In this document: positions 33,371 through 43,461 of the stretch, in pieces
Numbering within the stretch: position 1 is the first letter of the stretch
Layout: each line of letters opens with the position of its first letter
DNA from: a virus
Strand: one strand, 5' to 3'
Length of the DNA: 64,000 nucleotides
IMG/VR virus record: IMGVR_UViG_3300027889_000001
The notes under the pieces: generated by a model
Told to the model about the DNA's origin: nothing
The model's input: only the letters and a program-made list of their open reading frames with translations
The model's database searches: none
Position numbers and translations under genes: made by a program

Positions 33371-35371
33371 GTGTCCACGATACCTGCAAGCGACATCGCA
33401 CAAATCATTCCCGGCGTTCTTCCAGCAGGCGGCTCGTCATTCTCGCTTATTGGATTGATGTTGTCCTCCAGTTCGCGTGTACCGATCAACGGCACCGATA
33501 ACCCGGTTATTCTGGCCTTCGCCAACGCGCTTGCTGTTTCGTCCTACTTTGGACCGAATTCCATCGAATATGAATTGGCGTCGACCTATTTCCTTGGTTT
33601 TACCAATTCGCAGGCGCTTCCCGGAAGCCTGCTCATTGCTCAATACAATAGCACGCGGGTTTCGGCCTTCTTGCGCGGTGGCAACGCGTCCGCGCAGCTT
33701 GCTGCGTTGCAGGCTATTACCAGCGGCGCGCTGGAAGTCATTGTTGATGGCTTTTCGTGGAAATCGACCAGCATCAACCTTTCTTCCGACAATACATTTT
33801 CCGCCATAGCGGCTACCGTTCAATCCGATTTGGCGCTTCCAAGTTCCGCAAGCGGCACAGGCTCTATTGCTCCGAACGTCAATCCTGGCAGTTCGAACAA
33901 TATGGGTGTTATGACGATTACGGGTGGTGTTACAGGAACGATTGCCGTTGGTCAGGTTGTAGCAGGCTCTGGAGTTTCCGCAGGAACTTACATCACCGGC
34001 TATGGCACGGGAACTGGTGGTGATGGAACCTATTACGTTAGCATTTCGCAGACGGTCAATAGTGAAGCCCTGACGTTTACCGCCAGCGCGGCGTCGTTTA
34101 CAGCATCGATTGCAGGCAACACGATGACCGTTTCGGCGGTTGGTTCCGGTACGTTGCAGCCGGGCATGGTTGTAACAGGTGCGGGCGTTACCGCCGTTAC
34201 GACCATCAAGTCGCAGCAATCCGGTACGATTGGCGGTGATGGTGCATATACGATCTACCCGTCGCAGACGGTTAGTTCCGAAGCCATGACCGGCGCTCCG
34301 GGCGCCATTGCCGTAACCTACGATTCTATCGCGGAAGCATTTGTCATTACGTCGGGAACGAATGGCACGGTTTCAACGGTTTCGTTTGGAACACGCTCGC
34401 TTGCTACGACGATGCTTTTAACGCAAGCCACAGGTGCTGTGCTTTCGCAGGGCGCGGCTCCAGCCGATCCTGTCGGTTTCATGACCAACGTGCAGCAACA
34501 GACACAGAATTGGGAAACGTTGTTCATGACATTCGATCCCGATCTGATCTTGGGCAACCCGTCCGAACCGCCTACGCAAAAGCTGTTGTTTGCGCAATGG
34601 ACCAACAGCACCGACGACGCTTTCACTTACGCTTGTTGGGATCAGGATATCTTGCCTACCGAAGGCTTGGCTACGGGCTCGTTCGGTTATTTGAACGGGA
34701 TCAATGGTGCCAACAATTCCGGCATAGTACCAATTTCAACTAGTGATCCCAACAAGGCCGCTTTTGTAGCCGGCACAATCGCCTCGGTGAATTTCTCGCA
34801 GACAGACGGCCGCACGGTGCTTAAGTTCCGGCAACAGACCGGGCTTGTGGCTGACGTTACCAGCCAGACCGTAGCTAACAATCTTCGTTCCAACGGCTAC
34901 AACTTCTATGGTGCATGGGCTACACGGGCCAACAATTTCATAGGCTTTGCAGACGGCGTTATTTCCGGTCCGTTCAACTGGGTCGATTCTTACATCGATC
35001 AGGCATGGCTGGACGACGCGCTCCAGGTAGCGCTGATGACCATGTTCTTCAATATCCGGTCGATTCCGTTCAATCAGCCCGGCGCATCGATTGTTCGTAC
35101 CGCTTGTTTGGGTCCGATCAACGCCGCACTCAACTTCGGCGCCATTGTGCCGGGTGTAGACCTTACCCCCTTGCAAATCCAGACTATCAACAATGCCGCC
35201 GGCAACCAGCAGGCGGGTGCCATTGTAGCGAACACGGGTTGGTATTTGCAGGCGGCTATTACCACGGCTTCGGCGGCGCAGCGCACGGCGCGTGCGGCAA
35301 CAGGAACCTTGTGGTATGCGGACGGTGGCTCCGTACAGGAAATCTCGCTTAACGTCGTTGACGTTCAATAA
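33371..35371 (+). CDS. tail sheath protein (DUF3383-like) with two inserted copies of the shared module
   Basis: C-terminal YNFYGAWATRANNFIGFADGVISGPFNWVDSYIDQAWLDDALQ, followed by a tube gene. Modules lie at 33902-34075 and 34097-34291. Confidence 0.6.
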   Translation: MSTIPASDIAQIIPGVLPAGGSSFSLIGLMLSSSSRVPINGTDNPVILAFANALAVSSYFGPNSIEYELASTYFLGFTNSQALPGSLLIAQYNSTRVSAFLRGGNASAQLAALQAITSGALEVIVDGFSWKSTSINLSSDNTFSAIAATVQSDLALPSSASGTGSIAPNVNPGSSNNMGVMTITGGVTGTIAVGQVVAGSGVSAGTYITGYGTGTGGDGTYYVSISQTVNSEALTFTASAASFTASIAGNTMTVSAVGSGTLQPGMVVTGAGVTAVTTIKSQQSGTIGGDGAYTIYPSQTVSSEAMTGAPGAIAVTYDSIAEAFVITSGTNGTVSTVSFGTRSLATTMLLTQATGAVLSQGAAPADPVGFMTNVQQQTQNWETLFMTFDPDLILGNPSEPPTQKLLFAQWTNSTDDAFTYACWDQDILPTEGLATGSFGYLNGINGANNSGIVPISTSDPNKAAFVAGTIASVNFSQTDGRTVLKFRQQTGLVADVTSQTVANNLRSNGYNFYGAWATRANNFIGFADGVISGPFNWVDSYIDQAWLDDALQVALMTMFFNIRSIPFNQPGASIVRTACLGPINAALNFGAIVPGVDLTPLQIQTINNAAGNQQAGAIVANTGWYLQAAITTASAAQRTARAATGTLWYADGGSVQEISLNVVDVQ

Positions 35372-35383
35372 GGAGCACCATCC

Positions 35384-35812
35384 ATGTCTATTACCGCTGC
35401 CAATGCACTAATAACCCTTGCCGTAGAGTCGGTATTTCCTAACGCCGTCCAGATTCAAGGCTTTGCAGCCGATGATCTATTCGATGCTGAAGATATGGAA
35501 ATCGTCGAAACGCTCATGGGCGTGGACGGATACCTTTCGGCGGGTTACGTTAACGTACCGTTCAACATGAACATCAGTCTACAGGCGGATTCGCTTTCCA
35601 ACTTCCTGTTTGACCAATGGTTCGCGGCGCAGCGCGCGGCGCAGGACGTGTTTGCAGCGGATGGCGAAATTGTCTTGCCGAGCATCGGCACATCGACGAT
35701 CCTTTCAAACGGATATCTTGTCAAATACAAGCCGGTGGCTGATGCCAAAAAGCTGCTCCAGCCGCGCAAGTACATGATCCGGTTCAACAGCAACCAGCCC
35801 ATCCCGCTCTAA
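35384..35812 (+). CDS. tail tube protein (DUF3277-like)
   Basis: 142 aa directly after the sheath gene, with an AAGGAG RBS. Confidence 0.6.
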   Translation: MSITAANALITLAVESVFPNAVQIQGFAADDLFDAEDMEIVETLMGVDGYLSAGYVNVPFNMNISLQADSLSNFLFDQWFAAQRAAQDVFAADGEIVLPSIGTSTILSNGYLVKYKPVADAKKLLQPRKYMIRFNSNQPIPL

Positions 35813-35821
35813 GGAGGCCCA

Positions 35822-36292
35822 ATGCGGCGTGAAAAGGATGTAACGATCACGGCGGAAGGCCGTGACAAAGGGAAGGTGTTTCACCTTCGCGAAATGCCGG
35901 CCGCACAGGGGGAACGATGGGCCGCACGCGCGTTGCTGCTTATGGCGCGTTCGGGGCAGGATATAGGCCCTCTGGATAGCCGCAGCGGCCTTGCAGGGCT
36001 TGCTGTGGCGGGCGTCTCGTCGCTGGGGCTCATAGACTTCCGCGAAGTAGAACCCTTGATGGATGAAATGTTTCAGTGCGTTACCATCAAGACCGATCCC
36101 AAGACCGGCGTTGTCCGCCCTCTCCTTCCCGAAGATGGTATCAATTCCGACATTGAAGAAATTGCAACCCGTGTTCAACTTCGCAAGGAAATTCTGGAGT
36201 TGCACATGGGTTTTTCGTTGGCCGAACTCCGATCAAAGGTAGTGAGTTCGGCGGGGACGACATCCGTGGAATCATCCAGTACCCAAACATAA
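35822..36292 (+). CDS. tail assembly chaperone (G-like, zero-frame product)
   Basis: 156 aa immediately upstream of the tape measure gene. Contains the slippery site at 36208-36214. Confidence 0.7.
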   Translation: MRREKDVTITAEGRDKGKVFHLREMPAAQGERWAARALLLMARSGQDIGPLDSRSGLAGLAVAGVSSLGLIDFREVEPLMDEMFQCVTIKTDPKTGVVRPLLPEDGINSDIEEIATRVQLRKEILELHMGFSLAELRSKVVSSAGTTSVESSSTQT

Positions 36293-36453
36293 GCTATGCC
36301 ATGGGTGCGGTTATTTCGGCGGACAAAGCCAAGCTCCATGAACTGCAAACAATTTACGGCGGTGTTGATCTTTATGACCTATTGGAAATCATAATGGTCG
36401 ATTCCCACAATCGCGCTGTGGCCCAGCAGCATTACGCGAAAGAGAACAAGTAG
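35822..36453 (+). CDS. tail assembly chaperone GT-like product made by -1 frameshift at 36214
   Basis: Join 35822-36214 with 36214-36453. The -1 frame stays open for 79 codons (...GFFVGRTPIKGSEF...MGAVISADKAKLHELQTIYGGVDLYDLLEII...KENK). Its stop TAG 36451-36453 overlaps the tape measure GTG start. Confidence 0.7.
36208..36252 (+). other. programmed -1 ribosomal frameshift signal
   Basis: Canonical X_XXY_YYZ heptamer G_GGT_TTT (36208-36214), a 6-nt spacer, then a perfect 9-bp stem GCCGAACTC/GAGTTCGGC (36221-36229 / 36244-36252). Confidence 0.7.
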
Positions 36454-38279
36454 TGGCGTCAGTTATTGACTCCCTTGTTGTAGAACTCGGTTTGGACCCC
36501 TCCAAATTTACGGCGGGGCAAACGAAAGCGTTGGATGCCTATAAGAAGGGTAGGCAAGCCATTGAAGATGAGAATAAGAAAATTGAAGTCTCAATGGCGG
36601 ATGTTTCGACATTTATTTCCAAGCTACGTGATCAGGCTATTGAGCTATTTGCCATTTTCACTGCCGGCCGTGGAATCAAGGATTTCATACAAGATACGGT
36701 CACAACGACAGCAGCTATTGGTCGGCTCGCTTATCAGTTCGACGAATCTGTTTCCGATCTTGCTGCATGGCGCAATGCGGCGCAGCAAACAGGTGGTAGC
36801 GCGGATGATATAACAAGTTCGATTGGATCATTGACGAATGATCTTCAGCAGCTTACCTTAACCGGACAGTCCGCCACCATTCCATATTTCCGCGCGCTTG
36901 GCATTGGGATCACAGACGCTAAAGGGCGCATGAAAAGCGCCACGCAACTTTTTCTTGAAATCAATCGAGCAGTGCAGGGCATGGACCCAGCGCGCGCACG
37001 CTCGCTCATTATGGGGTTGGGGCTAGGGCAAAGTGCGGTAAATCTGCTGACACTTAATCCGTCGCGCTTGCAAGCGATTCTAGAAACGGCTCGCAAGTCG
37101 GCACCAACACAAGCGGACATCAAAGCCGCGCAAGCCTATCAACAGGCGTGGTTCCAAATTCAACAGCAGTCCGAAACTGTTGGGCGCACCATGCTTACAG
37201 ATGTAGCACCAGCGTTGCTACAAGTCCTGGGTTATTTGAAGCAATTCTTTACCTATTTGCAAACACATAAAGACACTGCCACGACTATATTTTATGCAAT
37301 GGCTACGGCTGTTGGTGTCCTTAGCACAGCAATCGGAATTGGATTAGCACGCACTGCACTTGGTCAATTGGCTTGGGCCTTTAAGCCCATCATCTATATA
37401 TTCGATTTATTCCTTGGTACGCTGATTCCCGAAGCCCTTCTTAGCCTTGCTACTCTAACAAGTACGGCACTTCCCGCGTTGAGTGAAGCGTTTTTTGCGC
37501 TCGGCGCTGCTATGGAGGCAACCCCCCTTGGATGGTTGATTACAGGGTTGGCGGCCATCATTGGGTTAGGCTACCTGGCATATAAAACATGGAACGTTGC
37601 GCCGTCGAAAAAAGGTAGGCAGCAGTACAACGAGCTTACCGGCCAAAACGACACCTGGGTCTATGAAAACGGAACGTGGAAGAACAAAGGATCAGGAGCA
37701 AGTGGCTTAAGTTCAAACGCATGGGTTGCTGCTAAATCGGCACAACAAAAATACGGCATTCCGGCTGAGGTAACATACGCACAATGGCAATTAGAAAGTG
37801 GCAGTGGTAAGCACACACCTCCAGGCTCTAACAACCCATTCGGAATAAAAGCGTCGCCAGGACAACCCGGTGTAAATGCTTGGACGACTGAAATAGTAAA
37901 TGGCAAAGCTGAACGGGTGATGGCACGCTTTGCTAAGTTTGCTTCTTTGGCAGATGCTTTTGAAGCGCACGCGCGCTTGCTTGCTACATCATCGAAATAT
38001 GCTGCTGCACGCAAGCTTGAAGATAATCCTTACGCTTTTGCAAATGCCTTGACAGGTGTTTATGCGACCGACCCAACTTACGGTGGAAAACTTGGTCAAA
38101 TAATTGCTCAGATTAGCGCGCAATCTGGTGGTGGCAATTCCAGTTCAAATGCTACAACAAACATTGGCGAACTGCACATCCATACCAAAGCCACGGACAT
38201 GGCAGGCATCGCCAAGGATGCACGGACGCAACTGGCACGCAATACCTTTGCCGCACAAGCGCAGGGCGGAGGTAATTAG
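36453..38279 (+). CDS. tape measure protein with C-terminal glucosaminidase/FlgJ-type muramidase domain
   Basis: 608 aa with central hydrophobic helices. Contains YAQWQLESGSGKHTPPGSNNPFGIKA...FASLADAFEAHARLL. Confidence 0.75.
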   Translation: MASVIDSLVVELGLDPSKFTAGQTKALDAYKKGRQAIEDENKKIEVSMADVSTFISKLRDQAIELFAIFTAGRGIKDFIQDTVTTTAAIGRLAYQFDESVSDLAAWRNAAQQTGGSADDITSSIGSLTNDLQQLTLTGQSATIPYFRALGIGITDAKGRMKSATQLFLEINRAVQGMDPARARSLIMGLGLGQSAVNLLTLNPSRLQAILETARKSAPTQADIKAAQAYQQAWFQIQQQSETVGRTMLTDVAPALLQVLGYLKQFFTYLQTHKDTATTIFYAMATAVGVLSTAIGIGLARTALGQLAWAFKPIIYIFDLFLGTLIPEALLSLATLTSTALPALSEAFFALGAAMEATPLGWLITGLAAIIGLGYLAYKTWNVAPSKKGRQQYNELTGQNDTWVYENGTWKNKGSGASGLSSNAWVAAKSAQQKYGIPAEVTYAQWQLESGSGKHTPPGSNNPFGIKASPGQPGVNAWTTEIVNGKAERVMARFAKFASLADAFEAHARLLATSSKYAAARKLEDNPYAFANALTGVYATDPTYGGKLGQIIAQISAQSGGGNSSSNATTNIGELHIHTKATDMAGIAKDARTQLARNTFAAQAQGGGN

Positions 38280-38899
38280 TGTCCAGCCCCGGACAACTAA
38301 TGACGGCCGATTCGGGCTCGCTCCCCAATGCGCCCGGACAACCGGCATGGGGCATCTACCTTGGCGGCGCTCCTGTCATTACAGCGGACACGACCGTTTC
38401 TCTGGAATGGTCGAAGGATTGGACGGTTTCCGACTTCCCTGTTGAAACAGGTGCCTTTCAAAGTTACGATAAGGTAGAGCTGCCATTTACCGCCAAGCTG
38501 CGGTTCGCGGCCGGTGGCTCAGTTTCGGACAGGCAGGAATTCCTTTCATCCGTTTCCGCCATAGCCCCCCTGGTCACGCTCTACCAACTGGCCATGCCCG
38601 AGGTGGGATTTTACCCCAGCGTCGTTGTCCACCATTATGGTTTCGACCGGCGCAACGATAGCGGCTTGGGTCTGCTGATCGTTGACGTATACGTCACGGA
38701 AGTCCGTGCGACCGCTACGGCGGCTTTCACCAATACCGCCAACCCTGGAAGCGCCAACCCTGTCGGTGGCGGCAATCCGCAGGGTATTGCGGCTACTCAG
38801 CAAGAGCAAAGTGTATTCAATACCAATCTTGATAATATCAACGCAAACCAAGGCTTTAATCAGGGAGCAGATTCTTTCAATGGCGGGGCAGGGTGGTAG
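38279..38899 (+). CDS. tail-tip/baseplate protein
   Basis: 206 aa with a TAGTG overlap to the tape measure stop. Confidence 0.45.
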   Translation: MSSPGQLMTADSGSLPNAPGQPAWGIYLGGAPVITADTTVSLEWSKDWTVSDFPVETGAFQSYDKVELPFTAKLRFAAGGSVSDRQEFLSSVSAIAPLVTLYQLAMPEVGFYPSVVVHHYGFDRRNDSGLGLLIVDVYVTEVRATATAAFTNTANPGSANPVGGGNPQGIAATQQEQSVFNTNLDNINANQGFNQGADSFNGGAGW

Positions 38900-39211
38900 A
38901 TGCTCATAGTTCCTTTGCAAGCCGTGCCGTCGCAGATCGTCAATGTGAATTTGGCGCAACAGGCTGTGACGCTGAACGTGTACCAGAAGCGAACGGCGCT
39001 CTACACCGACGTTCTTGTTGGTGGAGTCCTTCTGATGGGTGGTATCATATCCGAGAATTGCAACCGTTTGATTCGATCATTGTACCTAGGCTTTACAGGG
39101 GATTTCGTCTATCTGGATTTGCAGGGCAATGCTGATCCATATTACACGGGGCTGGGGGATCGTTGGCAATTGGCATATCTAACACCCACCGATTTGGGCG
39201 GGGCCGGGTAG
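38900..39211 (+). CDS. small baseplate-module protein
   Basis: 103 aa abutting its neighbours. Confidence 0.45.
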   Translation: MLIVPLQAVPSQIVNVNLAQQAVTLNVYQKRTALYTDVLVGGVLLMGGIISENCNRLIRSLYLGFTGDFVYLDLQGNADPYYTGLGDRWQLAYLTPTDLGGAG

Positions 39212-39212
39212 C

Positions 39213-40106
39213 TTGTCATTCGTTCAGCGCCTCCTGAACATCGAATTTACGCTGGCGTCCGGAAATTTCGCGGAAAGCGGAACAAATACCGTTACCCTAT
39301 CGGGTTTACGTGCGAGCGCGCATGTGGTCAAATCAGGCCAAATACGCGATACGCTTGAACTCGATGTCTACGGCATGACACCTTCGCAAATGCGCCAGCT
39401 TTCGACGCTGGGGATGCAGGTTCAACTACAGCCGCGCAATCAGGTAACGGTTATGGCGGGAGATGTTGTAGGCGGAATGCTCAAGGAGTTTTCCGGCACG
39501 ATCTACAACGCCTATACCGATCTTGCCGGTATGCCGGATGTTGCTTTTCGCTTGTCCGCGCAAACGGCGCAGTTCGATGCTGTTACCAATGAGAACTCGA
39601 AACTATACCCAGGAACGGTTGCCGTTGCCGATGTGATGCAGGATTTTGCAACAACCCTCGGGCTGCATTTTGAAAACAACGGTGTAACAAGCACATTGTC
39701 CAACGAGTATTTGTGGGGATCGACGTACCAGCAGCTTGGCAAATGCGCCAAGGACGCAGGGATTTCATTCACCATAGATTCCAAATCAAGCATATTGGCG
39801 ATTTGGCCCAAGAATGGAGCGCGGACCTCATCGGGGCAAATACCTGTTATCTCTGCCGCAACAGGCATGGTCAAAGCGCCAACATTTACGGCACAAGGTG
39901 TTGAAGTAACCTCCCTGTTCAATCCGATCTTTTCTATTGGCGGCCAGGTGCAAATTCAAACAGAAATAGAAATTGCGCAACCTGCTAACGGAACATGGGC
40001 TATATTCAAGCAAGAGGACCACCTTGAAAGCATGGTCCCCCATGGCGAATGGTTCTCGGTGCTTGGTTGTTATAATCCGCAGTATTCAGCGCCGTTGCCC
40101 GAATGA
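39213..40106 (+). CDS. baseplate hub-like protein
   Basis: 297 aa with a TTG start. Called from its position upstream of the V-like spike gene. Confidence 0.45.
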   Translation: MSFVQRLLNIEFTLASGNFAESGTNTVTLSGLRASAHVVKSGQIRDTLELDVYGMTPSQMRQLSTLGMQVQLQPRNQVTVMAGDVVGGMLKEFSGTIYNAYTDLAGMPDVAFRLSAQTAQFDAVTNENSKLYPGTVAVADVMQDFATTLGLHFENNGVTSTLSNEYLWGSTYQQLGKCAKDAGISFTIDSKSSILAIWPKNGARTSSGQIPVISAATGMVKAPTFTAQGVEVTSLFNPIFSIGGQVQIQTEIEIAQPANGTWAIFKQEDHLESMVPHGEWFSVLGCYNPQYSAPLPE

Positions 40107-40756
40107 GCAGCGCAGGCGCTATAGGGCAAATGTCGCCGGACGATACGGCGACCGATTTTACCGCGATTTCGTTTCTCATCAGGCAAACATTGGCCTATGT
40201 TCGGACGGCACAGATTGTTCAAGTCAAAGCCGTTACGACCACGGACACTGTAGCAGGCTCCGGTTACGTTTCGATCCAGCCGCTTGTGAACCTAACGGAC
40301 GGGCTTGGAAACTTCGCAGGGCAGCACGGCACACTACAAAACATCCCCTTCCTGCGCTTGCAAGCCGGCACAAACGCGATCATCAACGATCCGCAAGTTG
40401 GTGATATAGGGCTGGCGGTGTTTTGCGACCGCGATATTTCCGCCGTAAAGAATGCGCTGGCTCCAAGTAACCCAGGATCGTTTCGCCGCTTCGATATGTC
40501 GGACGGTATTTATTTGTTCACGATTCTTGCTGCTACACCTACGCAATACCTTCAGTTCATTCCGGCAGGTGGCATGACTCTGGCCGATAGCCTCGGCAAC
40601 CTCATTCAAATGCTGATGGATGGTATCGAAATAACCACGCTAACGCTGACCGTTGACGGCAATTTGGTCGTTACTACAGCACCAAGCGGAACCTTTACCA
40701 GCGCGGACGGCAAGACGATCACTGTCACCAGCGGAATCATAACAGCAATCGTTTGA
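40103..40756 (+). CDS. baseplate assembly protein V / spike (OB-fold) like
   Basis: Contains ...VRTAQIVQVKAV...LQAGTNAIINDPQVGDIGLAVFCDRD. ATGA overlap. Confidence 0.55.
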   Translation: MSSAGAIGQMSPDDTATDFTAISFLIRQTLAYVRTAQIVQVKAVTTTDTVAGSGYVSIQPLVNLTDGLGNFAGQHGTLQNIPFLRLQAGTNAIINDPQVGDIGLAVFCDRDISAVKNALAPSNPGSFRRFDMSDGIYLFTILAATPTQYLQFIPAGGMTLADSLGNLIQMLMDGIEITTLTLTVDGNLVVTTAPSGTFTSADGKTITVTSGIITAIV

Positions 40757-40782
40757 AAATGATGCTGCGGACAGGATATGAA

Positions 40783-40869
40783 TAGCGAAGAGAGTTTGAT
40801 AGAGCCGAGTTACCATAAGCCCCAACCGTCCTGAGACGGAAGACCAAGCGATTCAAACTCTCATCGCTA
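40783..40869 (+). other. structured intergenic element (17-bp closing stem plus internal hairpin)
   Basis: TAGCGAAGAGAGTTTGA (40783-40799) pairs with TCAAACTCTCATCGCTA (40853-40869) with one mismatch. An inner hairpin CCGTC-CTGA-GACGG lies at 40826-40839. The element sits in a 151-nt gap. Confidence 0.5.
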
Positions 40870-40907
40870 AATTAAGCTCGTAGCACAGCATTTTTGGAAA
40901 GTCAAGC

Positions 40908-41288
40908 ATGACCACAACCTTGGCGCTTTGGAACAACCCGGAGAACCTGCCCGGTCAACCGGCTAATTGGGATTTGTACGTCGACAACAATGGCAACATT
41001 GCGATCAACACGGGAGGATTGCAGCTTGCGCAAGACGCGGCATCCGCGATCAAAACATTTTTGGGCGAGGTCTACTACGATACGAATTACGGGGTGCCAT
41101 ACTTCCAAACGATATTGGGGAAGCTTCCGCCCTTGGCGCTTGTTAAAGCCCTATTCGTGCAGGCGGCATTGACGGTTCCCGGCGTGGTGCAAGCACGCTG
41201 TTATTTAACTTCCTTCAACCATCGGACCTTTTCCGGGCAGGTACAAATAACGGATGAAACAGGCCAAGTCTTTACAGCGAACTTCTAA
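40908..41288 (+). CDS. baseplate protein W / gp25-like
   Basis: 126 aa directly upstream of the J-like gene. Confidence 0.5.
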   Translation: MTTTLALWNNPENLPGQPANWDLYVDNNGNIAINTGGLQLAQDAASAIKTFLGEVYYDTNYGVPYFQTILGKLPPLALVKALFVQAALTVPGVVQARCYLTSFNHRTFSGQVQITDETGQVFTANF

Positions 41289-41291
41289 TAC

Positions 41292-42776
41292 ATGACATCG
41301 CCCGCGACCAACATTCCGCAACCCTATTGGAACACGGCAACCGGCTTTGTTGCCCCCCCTGAATCGGCCATTTTGGCCGGCGCTATTGCCGATCTACAAC
41401 AGGCGTTCGGCGGTAGCCTTAACCTTGACCCAAATGTTTCCAGCACGCTTACTACACCGCAAGGACAATTGGCATCCGAAATTGCTGCTACTGTAGGCAA
41501 CGCGGACGACGTTTTCTGCTTCTTCACCACACAGGTTGATCCCGCCTATGCCACCGGCCGGATGCAGGATGCTATTGGCCGCATCTATTTCATGGAGCGC
41601 AATGGTGCCGAACCAACCGTCCTGAATATCGTTTGTTCAGGGGGTAACGGGGTTGTGATCCCGTCCGGCGCGGCTGTCATCGATTCGGCCGGAAATAATT
41701 ATACAACATCGGGGGGCACAATTCCCGGCACGGGAATGATTACCCTGGAATTTTCAGCGGTTATCCCCGGCCCTACAATGGTCCCGGAAACCGTTACAAT
41801 CTACCAAGCTATTTCAGGGTGGGATTCGGCAACAGTTTCGGGCGGTACGGTAGGTACGGCAACGGAAGGCCGTGCGGCTTTCGAGTCGCGGCGCGAAGCA
41901 TCCGTTGAAGCCAACGCGCTTGGCATTATGGGTGCCATTCTAGGTTCCATCGCCAATTTGCCTGGTGTACTCGATTATTGGGGTATCGATAATCCTACAA
42001 CAGGAACGGTCGTTCTTTATGGCGTTTCGATAACTGCCAATAGCATGTACCTTGCTGTGGTCGGCGGAACAGACAAGAATGTGGCAAATGCTATCCTCGC
42101 ACGGCGCCCTCCGGGAACGCCGATGGTTGGTAACACAACGGTCAATGTTGTGTATAATCCATTGGGCACTGATGGGCAACCCTTGTATGAAAATCCGCCA
42201 ACCTACGCAATCATTTTTGAGCGACCTACTGATGTGAACATCTTGTTCTCGGTGGTGCTGGTCAATAGCCCTGCGGTTCCCTCGAACGGCGTGGCCCTTG
42301 TGCAGAATGCTATTGTGAGCGCTTTCAACGGCGGCTTCCCTGGACTTACGCGGGCGCGCATAGCCAGCCTGCTTCTTTCGACTAACTACGTTCCTGTCGT
42401 TCAAGCATTGGGGCCATGGGCGCAAATCCGTTCATTAGGCATCAATTCAGCTAACACGCCTATTGTCACAGCTACAGCGTCGTTTGCCACTAATGTGATG
42501 ACAGTTTCTGCCATTTTGACCGGCGGCAATGCGTTGGCTATTGGACAAACAATCGACGATAGCCTTTCCAACGGCGAAGTAGCACCGGGGACTATCATTA
42601 CCGGACAAACGGGGGGGACGACCGGCGGTGTAGGCACCTACACCTTGAGCCAGCCGGTTGGAACCATTGCCAGCGAAACAGTCGCCGCACTGCTGCCAAA
42701 TCAACTATCCGTACAGGTGTTTGGCAATCAGGAGCCGGTTCTGAACGCCAATAACATTGCGGTTACGGCTACATGA
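41292..42776 (+). CDS. baseplate J-like wedge protein with C-terminal copy of the shared module
   Basis: 494 aa. The module lies at 42483-42683 (FATNVMTVSAILTGGNALAIGQTI...GGVGTYTLSQPVGTIASETV). Confidence 0.6.
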   Translation: MTSPATNIPQPYWNTATGFVAPPESAILAGAIADLQQAFGGSLNLDPNVSSTLTTPQGQLASEIAATVGNADDVFCFFTTQVDPAYATGRMQDAIGRIYFMERNGAEPTVLNIVCSGGNGVVIPSGAAVIDSAGNNYTTSGGTIPGTGMITLEFSAVIPGPTMVPETVTIYQAISGWDSATVSGGTVGTATEGRAAFESRREASVEANALGIMGAILGSIANLPGVLDYWGIDNPTTGTVVLYGVSITANSMYLAVVGGTDKNVANAILARRPPGTPMVGNTTVNVVYNPLGTDGQPLYENPPTYAIIFERPTDVNILFSVVLVNSPAVPSNGVALVQNAIVSAFNGGFPGLTRARIASLLLSTNYVPVVQALGPWAQIRSLGINSANTPIVTATASFATNVMTVSAILTGGNALAIGQTIDDSLSNGEVAPGTIITGQTGGTTGGVGTYTLSQPVGTIASETVAALLPNQLSVQVFGNQEPVLNANNIAVTAT

Positions 42777-43453
42777 TCCCAAATACAGGACCATCGTATC
42801 CGCCGCCCCCTGCCGCCGGCAGCAATGCCATTGGTTTGTACCAGATTGGAATTTCCCCGGTTGGGTCGATATCGATCTTAGATCCTGAACAACCAATCAT
42901 TAGCCAATACGCGAACAGCCCGGCCGTCGACTCGTTGCTCTACTCATTTGCAGCGGCACTGGATCAAACGCAAAACTTCGATAGATTTTACGATAACATT
43001 TGGAACATTACCACAGCGATAGGTTATGGGCTCGATGTGTGGGGACGGATCGTTGGAGTTTCCAGAGTGCTCTATATTCCGCAAGGCAGCGGCCCGTGGC
43101 TTGGGTTTGCGGAAGCGGATGATCCTGCACATGAACAACCCTTTGGGTTTGGCATCTTCTATTCCGGCGAGGAGCTGACCAGCAACTATTCCTTGACGGA
43201 TGGTGCCTACCGTATCCTCATCCTTGCCAAGGCCCTGTTAAATATCACGAATTGTTCAATTCCAGCCATCAACCAAATTTTACAACTCTTGTTTGCCGGG
43301 CGTGGCGATTGTTATTGTACGGATGGCCAAAACATGACCATGACGTATTATTTCAATTTTGTGCTAACGTCGGTTGAAACGGCTATCGTTACGCAATCCG
43401 GTGTTTTGCCGCGCCCTGCCGGTGTGGCGTCTTCTGTCACCATAGTTCCGTAG
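42773..43453 (+). CDS. baseplate wedge protein (DUF2612-like)
   Basis: Contains ...IGYGLDVWGRIVGVSR.... ATGA overlap. Confidence 0.55.
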   Translation: MIPNTGPSYPPPPAAGSNAIGLYQIGISPVGSISILDPEQPIISQYANSPAVDSLLYSFAAALDQTQNFDRFYDNIWNITTAIGYGLDVWGRIVGVSRVLYIPQGSGPWLGFAEADDPAHEQPFGFGIFYSGEELTSNYSLTDGAYRILILAKALLNITNCSIPAINQILQLLFAGRGDCYCTDGQNMTMTYYFNFVLTSVETAIVTQSGVLPRPAGVASSVTIVP

Positions 43454-43461
43454 GGACAATC

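Noticed and set aside
33437-35368. Minus-strand ORFs 33437-34219 (260 aa) and 34736-35368 (210 aa).
   Set aside because: They are antisense to the sheath gene. Their composition is R/N/G/C-rich and they show no coupling to any neighbour.
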